A stretch of DNA of 64,000 nucleotides. It comes from Dipteris shenzhenensis. Taxonomy: Eukaryota. The stretch lies in NCBI GenBank assembly GCA_047967505.1, contig CM106538.1; one strand, given 5' to 3'. A model generated the notes under the pieces. The model saw nothing but the letters and a program-made list of their open reading frames with translations. It made no database searches and was not told the DNA's origin. Numbering within the stretch: position 1 is the stretch's first letter; each line of letters starts with the position of its first letter. Below are positions 1-13,841 of the stretch, piece after piece. Both the position numbers and the translations under genes were made by a program.

Positions 1-2810
1 CAAAAGACCCTTTCTAGAGGTCATGGAGGTTGGCTCTTTCTTGTAATATGTGTCTCTTTGAAGAATGACAAAGAACTGAGTGTCTGGCAAAAGGGAAATT
101 GGAAAAAGTAGAATCACCAAAGACTCTACGATTACGACCTTTCCATAGAGTCCATAGTGCTAGTAACAATGCAGAAGAAAACTAACTCAAACTCCTATCT
201 GCGTGGGTGAATCCCAAAAAGCCAGAAATGCTTGCCAAAGGTAGCAGTAGAAAATCTAGTTCTCAAACACTATTGAACAAGACCCAAAAAGTCTCTATTG
301 TGTGGACAATTCCAAAGGAGATAAGGCACATATTCCTGTGGAGCCAAACATCGGTGACAAACAATAGGAGCAATGTGTCTGCATGCTAAAAGCTATCCTA
401 ACAGAAAGATCCCTAGCATCATGTACCACAAAAAGAGTTGTTGTCAAAGTGGAACTTTGGAACTCCAAAGATGTTGCAATCTCTTCCTCCACCACTTCAC
501 TAGGCGATTCATGCGCCAGAGTTGATTTGCCTTATTAGAAACCGAAGGTGGGGGCAAAAGAACCTTATACAGAGAAGATACAGTAGTATGAGATAATCTC
601 AAAGGACGGGCTGGATGAACCTGGGGAATGAAAAGTCCAATCTTCAAGCCTACCTTGAAGCTCAAGTGGAAGTACCAATAGAAAGGGCTGAAGCATGTGA
701 GCAATGGTTTCCCACAAAGGGTGATAATGAAATATTTTATGACGGCCAAAGGAAAAGATATGCTGGTACCATCATCATGAATTTGAAACTAATAAAGTAG
801 GAACATCTAGGTTCCTATAAAGCCAACAGAGGATCAAAGGCCTTCAACCAATGTATACTTTCAGCCCTTAAAGAATTGCCCATGCCATTCCAAGTGTGAA
901 AGGATTGCTGGAGACCAAAGGATAGCCTTTGATCTTGCCATCAATAGTGCCAAGTAAAAAATCCCATTGAGTGGGCTACCAATAACCAAAAGCAGAGGTA
1001 ATTTGCAAAAGTAAAGAGTGCATCATGGTAGCCCAAGGTTGATCACCTTGCAGAAATTGCAACATCATTTTGCCCTTATGAGCAAGGATATGCAGATGAA
1101 TGTTGAGAATATTTATACCCCCATGCATCTTTGGCGAGCAAAGACGTTGAACTGAAAGCAATCTCAAACTTTTTTTACCATGTTTGGAATGCCAAAAAGT
1201 TTCCATAATGGCTGACATAAAGCATGTAAGGTCTACCTTGTCAAACATGATCAAAGACAAGTAAAACTAAATATATGCCACCAAAATGGATTGGACTATT
1301 CTTAGGTGAGCGTATAATGGCCAAGGTGCCAGTTTTCAGTACTCCAATTTTTTCTTCATTTTTACAAGCGCTAAGTCAGTTTGTTGATGAATGAGTAATC
1401 GTTTAGCCCAAAGTATAACCAAGATGATGAAGTAACTAAGTAGGCAGAGCAATTTCCCCCAGACATAAAAGACAATGCCAATCTTTAGAATGCAATGACA
1501 AGAGCTTAGATTTCTGAAAATTCACATGTAGACCAGCAGCAACCATGCCGTATAATGATAGAGTATCCATAAGGGAAGAAAGGTCCCTCTTAGTATTCTT
1601 TGAGTAGAAAAAGAATCATTAGCATATGCCTGAGCAACCATAGTATGACTTTTAGGAATTTCCAATCCATGCAACATGTTTGTAGCCACAAGATGATCCA
1701 TGTATTGAAGCATTCTATGTGTGGCTATTGCATACAATAGTGCACTAAGTGAAAATCCCCGACAAACTGAACAATAAAGAGTCCAATTATCAAAAATATC
1801 CCTGGACAAAATACATGCAGCTTTACTGTCATTATACAACTAGTAAATAACAACAACATTTTCGTTGCAAACGCCAAATCTTTCATGTCTATGAAATGAA
1901 ATCCCATTGAACCATGTCAAAAGATTTGACAATATTAACCTACAGTAATAACACATCTTGCTCCGTGTAATTGGCATTTTCTATCCCAAATATAGGCATT
2001 TGCAATGTTATCAGTGATATGCCTGCAAGGAACAAACCCATATTGGGGAGGATGGAGACCATCATGTAAATATCCTTTGATGCGATCTACTAGACTTTTG
2101 GTTATGATCTTATAAATTATTGGCATAAGAGTGATAGGTCTCCAATCAGCCAATTATTCACATATTTGCTTCTTTGGAAGAAGCTTGACAAGCCCTTTCT
2201 TCCATGAATCCGGCATTTGTTGGTTTTGCCAAGCACAATTGACCATTTGCAACAAAGTAGTCTTGAGGATATCCCAAAATGCAAGAAAAAATCCAATAGT
2301 GAGACCATCCCCCATTCTGGAGACTTCCGTCTGCCACATGATTTAATTACATCAAATAGCTCCCTTTTAGTAAAAGGTTCCTCCTACTCCAAGGCCTCTG
2401 CAAGAGAAACAATGAGAAAGACATGCTGTAAAAGCTATTTCCATGTAGACAAAACTTCCTGTGAAGGGAGATCCACATGCCCAGACTATCGAGCAAAGTG
2501 AGTGACACTGACATTAGCAAAGTTGTGATCAAGAGAAAGTCCAACAATCATTGGGCATAAGCACTCAGTAAATACTTGTAGATTGCCTCTTGTAATGCAA
2601 GCTTTTGAAGAAATCTTTTGAGGAACAACCTTTATCCAAAAAAGTCCTTTGTCTTGCTCTTGTCTCCCATTTAGAAAGTTTCCTATGATCATTACATTGT
2701 AGACAATTTTTTGCCTGGAATAAAGACATGTTTTCATCCAAAGACAAAGGCCGATAATGACTAATGTTTGGCAAGTGTTTTTGGCCTTAGCAACAGCGTC
2801 CCTCAATGTC
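1..2810 (-). mobile_element. Degenerate L1-type LINE, ORF2 (RT region) fragment
   Basis: Frameshifted LINE RT motifs on minus strand: GDGLTIGFF, DWRPITLMPIIYKIITK, QYGFVPCRHITDNI, QAYAND (YADD equivalent), GGINILN; runs off the window start. Confidence 0.85.
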
Positions 2811-2812
2811 TT

Positions 2813-2954
2813 CATGTAGTTAGTGTTAAGGTTTTTCCCTAATGCTCTATCTAGATGGTGCAATTAACATCATGTAGTTAGGGTTAGTGTTAAGGTTTTC
2901 CCTTAATGCTCTATCTAGATGTTGCAATTTACATCATCCTTAATGCACCCTTTT
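2813..2954 (-). mobile_element. Truncated copia LTR start plus PPT, with ~60-bp tandem duplication and TTAGGG-like repeats
   Basis: About 78% identical over 65 bp to the reverse complement of the start of the LTR at 6655; purine tract at 2946-2954 on minus strand. Confidence 0.6.
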
Positions 2955-3195
2955 AAATTGCATCGGGTGAGTAGGGGGTGCATGTACAAGACTTTTTGTG
3001 GATTTAATTGGTGCATATGATAGCATCCAAAACTAAAAGGAAAACTAAAAAGAATCAGAGTAGTATGTGCATGTGTGAGCACAGTGATACGTAATGGAAG
3101 CTTGTACAATGAGTACAACTTATGTGATCGTGTACATAGATGTGCATTTCCCCCTCTTAAGTTGTATGTCATACTTCACCTTTGGGAACAAAGCA

Positions 3196-3253
3196 CAAAA
3201 AATAAGCTGAAGGGAAATCCAAAAAATAAGCTGAAGGGAAATCCAAAAAATAA
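3196..3253. repeat. 24-bp tandem repeat (~2.4 copies)
   Basis: aaaaaataagctgaagggaaatcc repeated. Confidence 0.85.
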
Positions 3254-3289
3254 GAATTGGCTTGACCTTTCCTTTCTTGGATGGATTGT

Positions 3290-3760
3290 GTCATGAGTTC
3301 CTCACCAAGTAAAATTGATTCTATTTCTTTAGGTGAGGAAACTTATCTTTGTCTGGAAACTTGTCTAAACTAGATTTTCATATCCTTCACCAAGTCCATT
3401 AAGGATGACTTGGACTACCTCTACTAACATCATAGCCTCTTCTACGATGGATGCAAGTTGATTGTTGATGTCCTTAACTATAAGTACATAGGCATGACCA
3501 AATTCATTGCTATTATGAAAACTCTAATTAATCTGGTTTTTAAGTGTCAAAGTCCTAGAAGGGTTCTACAAAGTGGAAAACATATCCCATGCTGCCTTGG
3601 CTATTTTAACCATGTTCAATTGTCCAATAATGACATCCTGAATATTTTGCTTGATCAATTGGTAAGCATACTTGTTTTTCTTATCCCTTTTTCTTGTGCT
3701 CAAGCAAAGTTAGGATGCACGATGGGTTGCTAGATGGTCTAGGAGTAGACCCATGTCTAC
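3290..3760 (-). mobile_element. Ty1/copia gag remnant
   Basis: Minus-strand translation KAAWDMFSTL...KDINNQLASI...VILNGLGEGYENLV...IESILLGEE is typical copia gag. Confidence 0.7.
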
Positions 3761-4074
3761 ATGTTCCCATTTGTCTTTTAGAACCAGTATTGCCTTCATC
3801 TGATACTTCCAAGTACCATAGTTGGAGTTGTCTACCTTAGCAGATGCCGCGAGATTGAGCTTGCTAGATGTAGGCATGATACGAGATACTCAAAATACCT
3901 ATGAAAATGCTAATTTTGTAAACTACTATTTGTTGGTGAATATAGAAACTATAATCTAGCCCAAACTTGTTACAAGGCTTCATATGGCAAAAGATGTTGA
4001 GAATATCCTAAAATTCTTTGCAATGCTGCAAATGTGCACAATATGCCAAAATAGTGAATAAAGCTTTACATAAA

Positions 4075-4225
4075 TGCATTTGTAGCACAATAAAGGCATG
4101 TATAGTATAATGAAGGCATGTGCAGTACAATAAGGCTTTACAATACAGGCATGTGTAGTACAAAGAAGGCATGTGTAGTACAATAAGGCATGTGTTGTAG
4201 AATGAAGGCATGAGTAGTACAAGAT
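4075..4225. repeat. Degenerate ~19-23-bp minisatellite
   Basis: Units of aaggcatgtgtagtacaat. Confidence 0.8.
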
Positions 4226-4249
4226 GAACAAGCTGCAATGTGCCCCTAG

Positions 4250-6650
4250 ATACTATGCCAACATTTCTATCTACCATGAAGTGTGGTCACTATTTTGTAG
4301 ATGATTGGGTTTTAAGACATGTGACGATCATATAATTGCAAGTGAGTGAAATGGCTGACACTGATAGGAACTAGTCGCAAGTGAGTTAGGGCAAGGGCTC
4401 ACTTGGCTTTTTGGAGTTGATCTCCTCTAGAGATATGCTAGTCTAAGCTACCCTTTTCAACATTATTGTATTTGAGTTGGCTTAACAACCAACTTGAGTA
4501 CCCAAGTAAGCAAACTCAGGAATCGGCTGTACAACTGGTGAGACCAAGTAGCAAGTCTTCGAGCATCATGGGTGGGCAGAAGGAAACCAACATCGGTAGG
4601 CCAATCAAAGTAAACCGTTCACAATAATTTTAAGAAAATTTTAGAAAGTTGATTGGCTATACCAACCAAGTCTAAATGATAGTTCTATTAATTGATGTAG
4701 AAGAGGTTCTGACAAGTTATCTAACTCTATTGAATATATAGGAATATTATGGTTCTATTGAGTGTAGACCTTGTTGAGCCATCGTTGCTATGTAGAGATA
4801 GGTTTGTGCCTCAAACCATGGCAAGTATGTGAGGATTGCACCAACATCAAGTTACACAAGCACATCCTTATAGCTATGGCTATTTGTAACAAGCCCTATG
4901 CCCCTTTCTTCTATTATAATACAAGTGGTTGGCTTTCACTTCATTGCTCTCTCTCATGCTTGCATTGATCGTCCATCTCCATGTGGTTTTGTCTACACTT
5001 GCACAACCACACTTAGTGTTTATAGTTTGATGCTCATTTCTTTGCAACCAAGCAACGATTAGGATGATGTATGCTAAGCAACCCATGGAGTGCAAGAGAG
5101 GGCATGGCATCTTCACAAACCAAGCCCCCTAGCAAGCACTAAGCACACACTGAGAACCGACTTCACGAGTCAACCAAGGGGTGAGAGGAAAAGACTTTTA
5201 ATATTTGGCAATCCTACTAGGGAATAGCTACAAGCCCTAGTGGAAAAAGTGAGTGGATTGAGTAGGTTTATAGGTTTTAAGTTCATAGATACTGAGACCA
5301 GCAATTCATGCTACCAAGCAATGAGTGTTGCATGGTTTAGCATTTTATTACAAAAGAGTGACTTGAGTGTCTGAAGATGACTTGTATCTCTTTAAGATAT
5401 ATGTGACAACAAACATCTAGATGGAGGATTGTTTTTAGGCATCTTGTAGAGTACTTCGAGCCTTGGTCAATGTCTAACACACACTCACAAATATGCAACG
5501 ATACGTAGCAAAACACCTACATCAAGGTGGAAGGACTTGGCACAATCTGGCCAATTTGGGGGCTAGAATGGTTTTAAGGATGGAAGTCCAATAATAGAGA
5601 GCAGGAGTAGCTAAGGATGGATGACCAATGATAGACAGTGGGAGTAGCTAATAGCCCTCAGTAAATGAAGAGGACAAGGATTGAGAAGACTAGGCCATGC
5701 ACATGGGGAGATGGCATGTGACTACTAGGTCATGGCTAGGAGTGAATTGGTCCTTGAATTGCACCCAAGACATCCTGAGGAGCTAGCTATGGAAGGGTTT
5801 GTAAGGTGGTGGCATAAAGATTCCAAGCATTTGTCCACAGATGCATGGATCTGCCTATTCATAGAGTCACGATCATAGCCTTTGACATATTGTGCTTGCA
5901 TCAAATCTAGAGGCAAGGTGTGCCTTAGATCAAGAATAAAGACAAGAAAGACCTGCATGAGTACGAAACCCGTGTAGCCATGAGTGATCGCCTAGGTTCT
6001 TACTGGTCCTCAAGTCTTGAATCATGATAAAGTTTCAATCTTGAGTGGTACATGCAATAGGATCCAAGACATGCAAAGTCAAGGTGAGCTTATGATAGTC
6101 AAACGTGTTTGATAAGTGGAGATTAGTGATGCCAAGTTGCCACAAGCACCTGCTCAAAGACATGGTGGTAGACCCAAGGCAAGTAATAGTCACAGCACCC
6201 AGGCATGTCTACACTAATGATTGCTGACATGGAGCAAGCAAAACTTAGAGCATCGGCATGACGGGTGTCAGTACGTAGGAGATAAAGTTCAAAGCTTAGA
6301 CCGAGTCAAGTTGCAATGGCCTAGACCAAGGAGTCCCAAGGTAGTCACCATCAATGCATAGGTCATTAAGGTGAAGTTCAAGGACTTCAAGGGAACTAAG
6401 GATGAAGATCCGTACAATCATTCTCACAGGTTTGCCATACCCATGCAGCTATGAACAAGGAGGAGCACATGAATTAGTTTTTGTGTACCCTAGTCAAGAA
6501 GCTCAAAGGTAGTTCAACTAATTTCTGATTGGGTACTTTACAAATTGGCAACACATGACCGAGAGATTTCTTAGAGGGTTTAGACACAATTAATAAGGAA
6601 GATGCTTGAATCAAGTTAAGATACTTGAAGTAGAAGAAGAACAAATCTAT
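4250..6650 (+). mobile_element. Decayed LTR-retrotransposon LTR/leader and gypsy-like gag start
   Basis: KFKDFKGTKDEDP gag-like motif at ~6370-6410; the rest is non-coding and LTR-like; boundaries uncertain. Confidence 0.4.
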
Positions 6651-6654
6651 TCAA

Positions 6655-6793
6655 TGATAAGGATGGTGTAAATTGTACTATTTAGACAAGGTGTTAGGGG
6701 AAAACCCTAAACCTAACCCTAACCCTAAGGGGTTCTCATGTATATATTCATGATTACGTTCAATACAACATAGTGTACATGTAGCTATATTGT

Positions 6794-6845
<52 letters not shown>

Positions 6846-7170
6846 CAGTTTATCATGGTATCAGAGCCGATGCTACTCACACTCCATTGTGAGTGATAAG
6901 CCCTTGCTTGTGTCAATCTCTTGTGAGATTTTTTAGGTTCATTTCTTGTATGAGAGATTTTTTTGCAAGAGAGAGTCAAAGACCTTGTTTTATCAAGTCT
7001 ACAAGCCCTCCTTCGTGAGGCATCTTCAGCTCTTCTTGTAGAGCCCCTTCTCCTCTTCAATTTGCTTAAGAAATATTATCATTTTGAGCTATCGAGATAG
7101 AAATTTGGTCATTTTCATGTTGAGGTCCTTTCTATGAGAATCATAGAATGTGTTCTCTCTTTTTTGAAAG
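6655..7170 (+). mobile_element. Copia 5' LTR (6655-6855), PBS and truncated leader
   Basis: TGATAA...TTATCA termini; CCCTAA repeats, TATATA box, (CT)n; tRNA-iMet PBS TGGTATCAGAGCC at 6856-6868. Confidence 0.85.
6795..6841. repeat. (CT)n microsatellite inside LTR
   Basis: About 23 CT units. Confidence 0.95.
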
Positions 7171-10100
7171 AGTTGACAAAATATGAAGACGGGAGAGGAG
7201 AAGAGTGGAGATGAGGAGAGAGGGAACAGCTAGAGAGCACACCACAAATGACTAACTATACACTAGATTTAGTTGAAAATGTAGAATATATACAAACCCA
7301 TTTAGGGTTAGGGTTAGGGCATCTAACTCTTTCCTTTATAGCACTCTATTGGGTTAGTGCTATGCACATATGATCACATGATGGTGCTATGCACACATGA
7401 TCACATGATGTTGAGCATGAACTCTCAACACCTGCCCTTAAGATCAACATCATGAAGTAGGCCTTTCCTCAAGATGATGATTATGGGGAATCGAAGAAGG
7501 ACTGAACATTACATTCCATCACACCCCTTTAATGGGAATGTCCTTCCTCTGCTTCAAACGAAGAGCTAGTCGATGTTTCTCGAAAACTCTTTACCGAGGG
7601 TTTTGGTAAAGATGTCTGCAACATTCTCTTTGCTATCACAATGCTGCAGTGTGATGTCACCAAGTAACACTGTTTCTCTGATGAAGTGCTTTTTGACATC
7701 AATGTCCTTTGTCCTAGAGTGATATACTGGATTCTTGGCCAATGCTTGAGCTGATTGATTATCATAGTATATTGTTGTTGGCTTTGACTCATCAAAGTAA
7801 TCTGTTTCTGACAATAGTCTTCTGAGCCATATAGCCTCACATGCACCTGTAGTGAGTGCTCTATATTTAGCTTTAGTTGAAGACAAAGAAACACTTGGTT
7901 GTTTGTTTGACAACCATGATATAGCACCTTGACCAAGGAAAAATGCATATCCCTGTGTTGATCTCCTGGTCTCATGATCTCTGGCATAGTCATTGTCACA
8001 GTATCCCATGCAACCGTGGATGACTTCCTCTGTATTCTATCCCAAACTGTCTTGTACCTCTGATGTATCTCAAGACTCTTTTGGCTATAGTCCAATGAGA
8101 CTGTTTTGGATTTGCCATAAGTTGTGCTAGTGAGCTTACTGCATAATAAATATCTGTCGTGTGATAGTCAGATATAGAGCTGCTTGTAGTGCCTGTCATT
8201 GACTGTAGGCTTTTCTTAATCTTTAGTAAGTTTCAAACTCTTTTCCATGGGAGTGGCTGTAATCTTGCAATCTGCCATATGAAACTTCTCCAGGAGACTA
8301 TCAACATATTTGGGCTGACTCATAAATCTGCTATCTAAATCTCTCCAGAATTCAATTCCAAGACAATAGTGCATAAATCCAAGATCTTTCATGTCGAACT
8401 CTGCAGATAAGTCTTGTTTTGATTTTCTGGTGAAGCTATCCTTGTTTCTTGTCACAATCAGATCATCTACGTATAAAAGTGCAATAGTAATGTCTTCCCC
8501 TTGAACTTTGTAGTAGAGAGTATGATCTGCATCGGGCTTCATGTAACCCAGATTAGCAAAATACTTGTTGATTCTGCTGTACCAACTTCTCGGTGGTTGC
8601 TTTAAGCCGTAGAGACTTTTCTTGAGATGGCAAACCTTGTTCTCCTTTCCTAGTTCAATATAGGTTGTTGCATGTAGACTTCCTCGTCTAGATAACAATT
8701 GAGAAATGCATTCTTGACATCGAGCTGATACACATTCCATCTGCTGAGTGTTGGAAGTGATATCAAGAACCGTATGGAATCCATCTTAGCTACTGGAGCA
8801 TAAGTCTCATCATAATCCTAACTATATTGCTGTGCAAATCCTTCTGCAACTAGTCTGGCTTTATATCTTTGAATACTTTCATTTGGATTGTACTTCACTT
8901 TGTATACCCATTTGTTTGCTATGGCCTTTTTTCCTGGTGGAAGGTCGCATAATTCCCAAGTATTATTCTTATAAAAAGGATCCATTTCTTCATTCATAGC
9001 AGTTTTTGGTAGTTTCAACCTGAATTTCTTTGCCTTTCTGAGCATATGCCAATTTGGCTGGTGGTCTGCTTTCCCTAGTAGAATGTCTGAGCTACTGTGG
9101 CTCTACTTGGGTGTTGCTGGCAATTCTTGCTCTTCTTCATCAACCTTTCTGTAGATGACTATGAAGTCAATGCTTCCATCTCCTGTGTATTTGAGGTTTT
9201 CCATTCTAATTCCTCATCAAAGATTACATCTCTGGAGATAATGACTTTACGGTTGATGGGATCATACAACTTGTATGCTTTGCTTTCTTCACTGTAGCCA
9301 ACCATGATGCATTTGCGTGACTTCATATCCAATTCCTATGATGATCATCATGTATGTGGGCATATGTTATGCAACCAAATATGCGAAGATGCCCAATGTG
9401 TGGCTTATGTCCAGTAAATGCTTCATAAGGAGTCATACCCTATATCGGTTCGGTAGGAAGCCGATTAAGCAAATAGTTTGCAATAGCTATTGCTTCTGCC
9501 CAATACTGATTTGAAAGATGCTTCTCACTAAGCATTGCTCTAGAACTGTCTGCTAAAGTACCATTCTTCCTTTTAGCTCTTGCATTCTGCTAAGGAGTAT
9601 CTGCACATGTGAATTGTCTTCGAATGCCGTGACTTCTACAAAAGTTCATGAATGCTGAAGACATGTATTCACCTCCTCTATTTGATCTCATGACTTTGAT
9701 CTTTCTACCTGTCTAGTTTCCTACCATGGCTTTGAATTCTTGAAATCTAGAAAACACTTCAAATTTCTCTTTCAGAAAGTAGACCCAACAATATTTGCTA
9801 TAGTCGTCGATGAAAGTCAAGTAGTAAGTGAACCATTGATGCTGTGGGTCTGGGCATAACCCCATACATCTGTGTGTATCAAATCAAGAATACCTCGTGC
9901 ACGAGAGGTACTTCTACCAAAGTTGGTTCGCTTTTGTTTGTTGAAACATGCTTCACAAACATTTCCAAGAAGCTATAGCTTAGGAATCCCAATTGCCATA
10001 TTCTGATTCCTGAGATCTAACTAGTACTTGAAGTTGACATGACCATATCTCTTGTGCCATTTTGTAGATAGTGGCATCTGTTGCGGTTGAGCAAACATGG

Positions 10101-10545
10101 CATGCTGATCTGGTATTGTAGCTAGCATTCTGTATACGCGTCCTCCCTTGAAACCTTTTGCTACTAGCTGACATCTTTTGGATTTATCTCTGATAGTGCA
10201 TTCATCTTCGTCAAAGATGACTCATTAGTTGTGTTCCATCATTTGACCTACTGACAAGAGGTTCTTACTGAGCTTCAAAACATAGAGCACATCTTTCACC
10301 AATCCTTTCATACCAGTGAAATTGTTCATAGGGATAACACCTATCCCTTGAACTGGATTCTAATGGTTTCATCTCTGTAAACCGTTCCTGATGATTTGTC
10401 ATGTGAGATGATGCACCACTATCGATGTACCAATGATCTTGATCTGCTTGGTCAACTTGATAGCTGAAATCCTCATTTGTGAGCAGAGATTTTTTTACAC
10501 TTGGTCAAAATCTATCCCCGAGAAGATGTCTACGTTGCTCTGGCT
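7171..10545 (-). mobile_element. Ty1/copia element, 5'-truncated: protease, integrase, RT, RNase H, PPT, 3' LTR (7171-7430)
   Basis: WYIDSGASSHMT (~10400-10435), integrase core ~9300-9900, KWVYKVK/YKARLVA, LKKSLYGLKQ, LYVDDL, YCDNDYA...DNQSA...[12 protein letters not shown] followed by TGTTGAGAG at 7430; several frameshifts. Confidence 0.95.
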
Positions 10546-10549
10546 TATC

Positions 10550-11141
10550 TTGCATAAAGTGGTGTGGACCAACTTAAGGGGGTTGAGGATTAGAAAAAGG
10601 GATGGCGAATGTAGACGATGTCCTAGGACCTAAGAAGATGTCTTTTATCTCTTCGTATCGTGTTTGTCTACTAGGAAAGCCTAGAAAATGGTTCACATGT
10701 AGCTAGGAGAGCCAATGAATTGGAAAGCCATACTGTTTAGGGATGCAGCAAAAGTTAAACACTCTCATTGGGCATTTGTTCATGCATACGCCTTGTGGTT
10801 TCTTTGGATTTCTAGAAATGACTATTAGTTCAACCTGAATGTTACTAATGCAGACCATCTTTTTGTTGATTGGGTAGCATGCCCGGATCTATGTCAGCGA
10901 TCTTGATCGGCTCTTCTCGAAGATACGTGATCATGAGCAGGAGTAGCTCATCTTTTAATGAAGAATGTCAGCTCAAAGGAACCATCTACTACAAGTCTGA
11001 GTTAGACTCAGAACTGTTACTTACCTTGTTGTCTAGACTCTGAAAAAGTCTTACTACTTTTAAGACTAATTTTGGACACGATTGTATATCTTTTGATCAA
11101 TAAATAATATAAACACTTTTTTCCCCAAAAAAAAAAAAAAA
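10550..11141 (+). mobile_element. LINE 3' end fragment with poly(A)
   Basis: Cys/His-rich ORF2 C-terminal remnant, 3' UTR and A15 tail at 11127-11141. Confidence 0.75.
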
Positions 11142-12732
11142 CTAACAATGCAAGAACATGATCTATTTCTAATCATGAGGAATGTAGACTCGGAGGAGTT
11201 TTTATAGGAATCTTCTTCCATTATTCCTTAACAATTCTATCTCAAAACCAAAGGGTAGATGGATATCTCTACAAGTGAGGATGAAAAGATTTGTTTTTAG
11301 CTTGTTATCTATTTATGCTCTAACTAATAGTTCAAAGAAAGAGAGTCTTGGATTCCTGGAATACTTGTTTCACGATGTGGTTTTCTCTAGTGATTTCAAC
11401 ATGTTAGAATCATTTGAGGATGGATGGAATGTTATCAAAGGGGAAAAGTTAGAAACATGGGAAGATTTAAAGGAGAATTGCTAGCTCATTGATGTAGGAA
11501 TAGCAAGGGTTTTCACTTGATCCAATAGACAAAGAAGCGAGGCTTCACAAATTTTACATGTCAAGGCTTTGGATAATCAAGCTATTAAATTTAAAGCAAA
11601 TGCTTTCTCCTCCCTCTTCCTCAGAAATGTACAAATTGAAATTAGGAATGTTTGGAGTTTAGCCTTTTTAGAGGTAAGGCCTACTTTTAGAAGTTAATCA
11701 AAGGTTGTTTTTGGGAACTCAAATTCTCCTCAAGAGGATAAGAAGAGATGGATCTAAAATGAAGTGAAAAGGAGAGATGCTTTGAAAACCTAAGTTTTCA
11801 TTTAGAGTGAGTGTAGCACTAGAGTTGAAGCTGCCCAGACTTAATTGTTACAAGCCAAAATATATCTCAATGATATGAAATAGATTAAACTAAACTAAAT
11901 TCAAGATTTATTTGTGATACTGGTGGGTTGGAAAATTTGATGGGCCGACCAAGTAGACCTTAAAAGTTAATCAAAGAACTCCTCTCAAGAGGAGATCCCC
12001 TAGCTTACAAAGCTGGATGGCTCTATGGTCTCTTCTAATCAGAGAGAATATCAAGTTCATTACACCACATTTTGAAAACCTCTTAGCTATCTTAGTTGAC
12101 CCCTAAAAGGAGGTTCTTCTGGCTAGACACAATGCCACTAAACCAAAAATTTATAAAGACTCGACAAATTGCATCTAGAAAATCCCACTACTCTAAATGA
12201 ATTGGAAAGTATAGTCAGTGTCATGGCCTAGAGTGTGAAAAGAAAGATTACATAAACGTTCCCTTCTTTCCCACCTGAATGGAAGTATTATCGAACTTAT
12301 ACACAAAGGGAGAAACAAGAACTAAAATTTTCAAGGCCTTTGATTATGCTCAAACTTAAAAGATCTTTGCAAAGTCCTTAGGCCTTAGACTTCAATCTAA
12401 AATGGCAAGCTGGATCAAGCCAGAGTATCACTACAACTACATGATGAGGAGTATTTCTAGGTGTTTGATGTGTTCCATCAGAGAAAACTTCTAATAGACC
12501 AAATTTTTACCATTTAAAGTTTAATTCCCCTTAGTACACCTACCTCAACCTAGGGTTCCATAAACCATCCTAGTTAATGAGTAGCAATTACAAAGAAGAT
12601 GGAGGCAAAGGGGCAACCTCACCTAATGGATCTCATGACTAGAAAGGGAGTTAATATGGCCCCATTAGTTCATAATTTGGCACTAATATTGGTTAGAAGT
12701 ATCTTAATCAAATTGACAAAGTTGGGACCAAG

Positions 12733-13555
12733 TGTTACGTCAGCCATAATCATGAAATCGTGAGGCTGCATTATGGTGAGGCAAGAAACCAAAGGGCTCA
12801 ATAGTGCTTGCATAAAAGGGAGCTTAGAGGGTTGCAGTATAGGAACAATATTAGACCTATGTAATAAAATGGAGTTCCTAAAGCATAGATGTACTAAGGT
12901 CCATTATAGACCCATGGCACACAAATAGGCTCCTTGTGGCAAGCACTATGTTCAAGGGAGGACTCTAGAGAGAGCCACACACTCCTCATGTGAATACGAG
13001 GGGAAAGATAATGAAGATACATATAGAGTGGGGAACTGGAAGCTGCTTGGCTGGGAGTTGAACACTTTAAAGCCCTAATTTTATGGGAATGTATCAATGG
13101 TATAGAAGCTACATGTTGAGTCTTAGAGGATACCTTTTGTGGGAGCTAGTTTGTGTGGCAGGTGGTTGAGCATATCCATAATTCACAAAGGGAAAGATGA
13201 GGGTATTGGGTTTGACGCAATGGAAAGGAGACCCCAAACTTGAATATTGGCATAACCATGTTAGCAGACCATTGTTATACCGCTACCATAGAGCTTATTA
13301 GACTCTAGTGTGCATCACTTTCCTATGTATTGTATGAGTCCTTGGAGATTAGTCGCCGATTTGCTCACTATAGATACGTTTCTAGGAGATTGAGAGAGTG
13401 TTAAGCTACATAGCGCATCCCTCTTATAGCCACTTCAAATCCCATAGGAAAGAGGATTTGAATAAAATTTTGCAGAACTTGGTAGGCGAGGGATTGAAGG
13501 ATGAAGCAATGGCTACAAAGCTAGAGAAATGCTAGGCTATAAGTCGCACCTACTA
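12733..13555 (+). mobile_element. LTR-type insertion including a gypsy PPT/LTR-start remnant
   Basis: Interrupts the LINE RT; 13060-13096 (aacactttaaagccc...gggaatgtatca) matches the gypsy 3' end at 18280-18321. Confidence 0.45.
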
Positions 13556-13841
13556 CCCATTGATTACAAAGCTCATTATTCTTCAAAGCCATAGTCTTTT
13601 GAATAATTCCCTCTTTTTAATTGATGTATCATTAAAGCTTCCAAGAGTAGCAATAAAGGACTAGATGGATGTGCGGTGTTTTCTTTGGGTGGGTTCTTAA
13701 TAAACTTTTGATTGCTAGGGCTATATAGGATCTCAATCAGATTGTCATACACTTTTTAATCTCTCGGTTTGATCCGTCAAACCAATTGCAACCTTTAAAG
13801 ATTTCATAGCAAGGAAGGCTCGTCATGCAAGCATGGGTTGA

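Noticed and set aside
2875-6727. Apparent 3.85-kb element with 65-bp telomere-like terminal inverted repeats
   Set aside because: The right copy is the start of a complete copia LTR (6655-6855, with PBS) and the left copy follows a PPT; they are two related LTRs in opposite orientation, with no convincing TSD.
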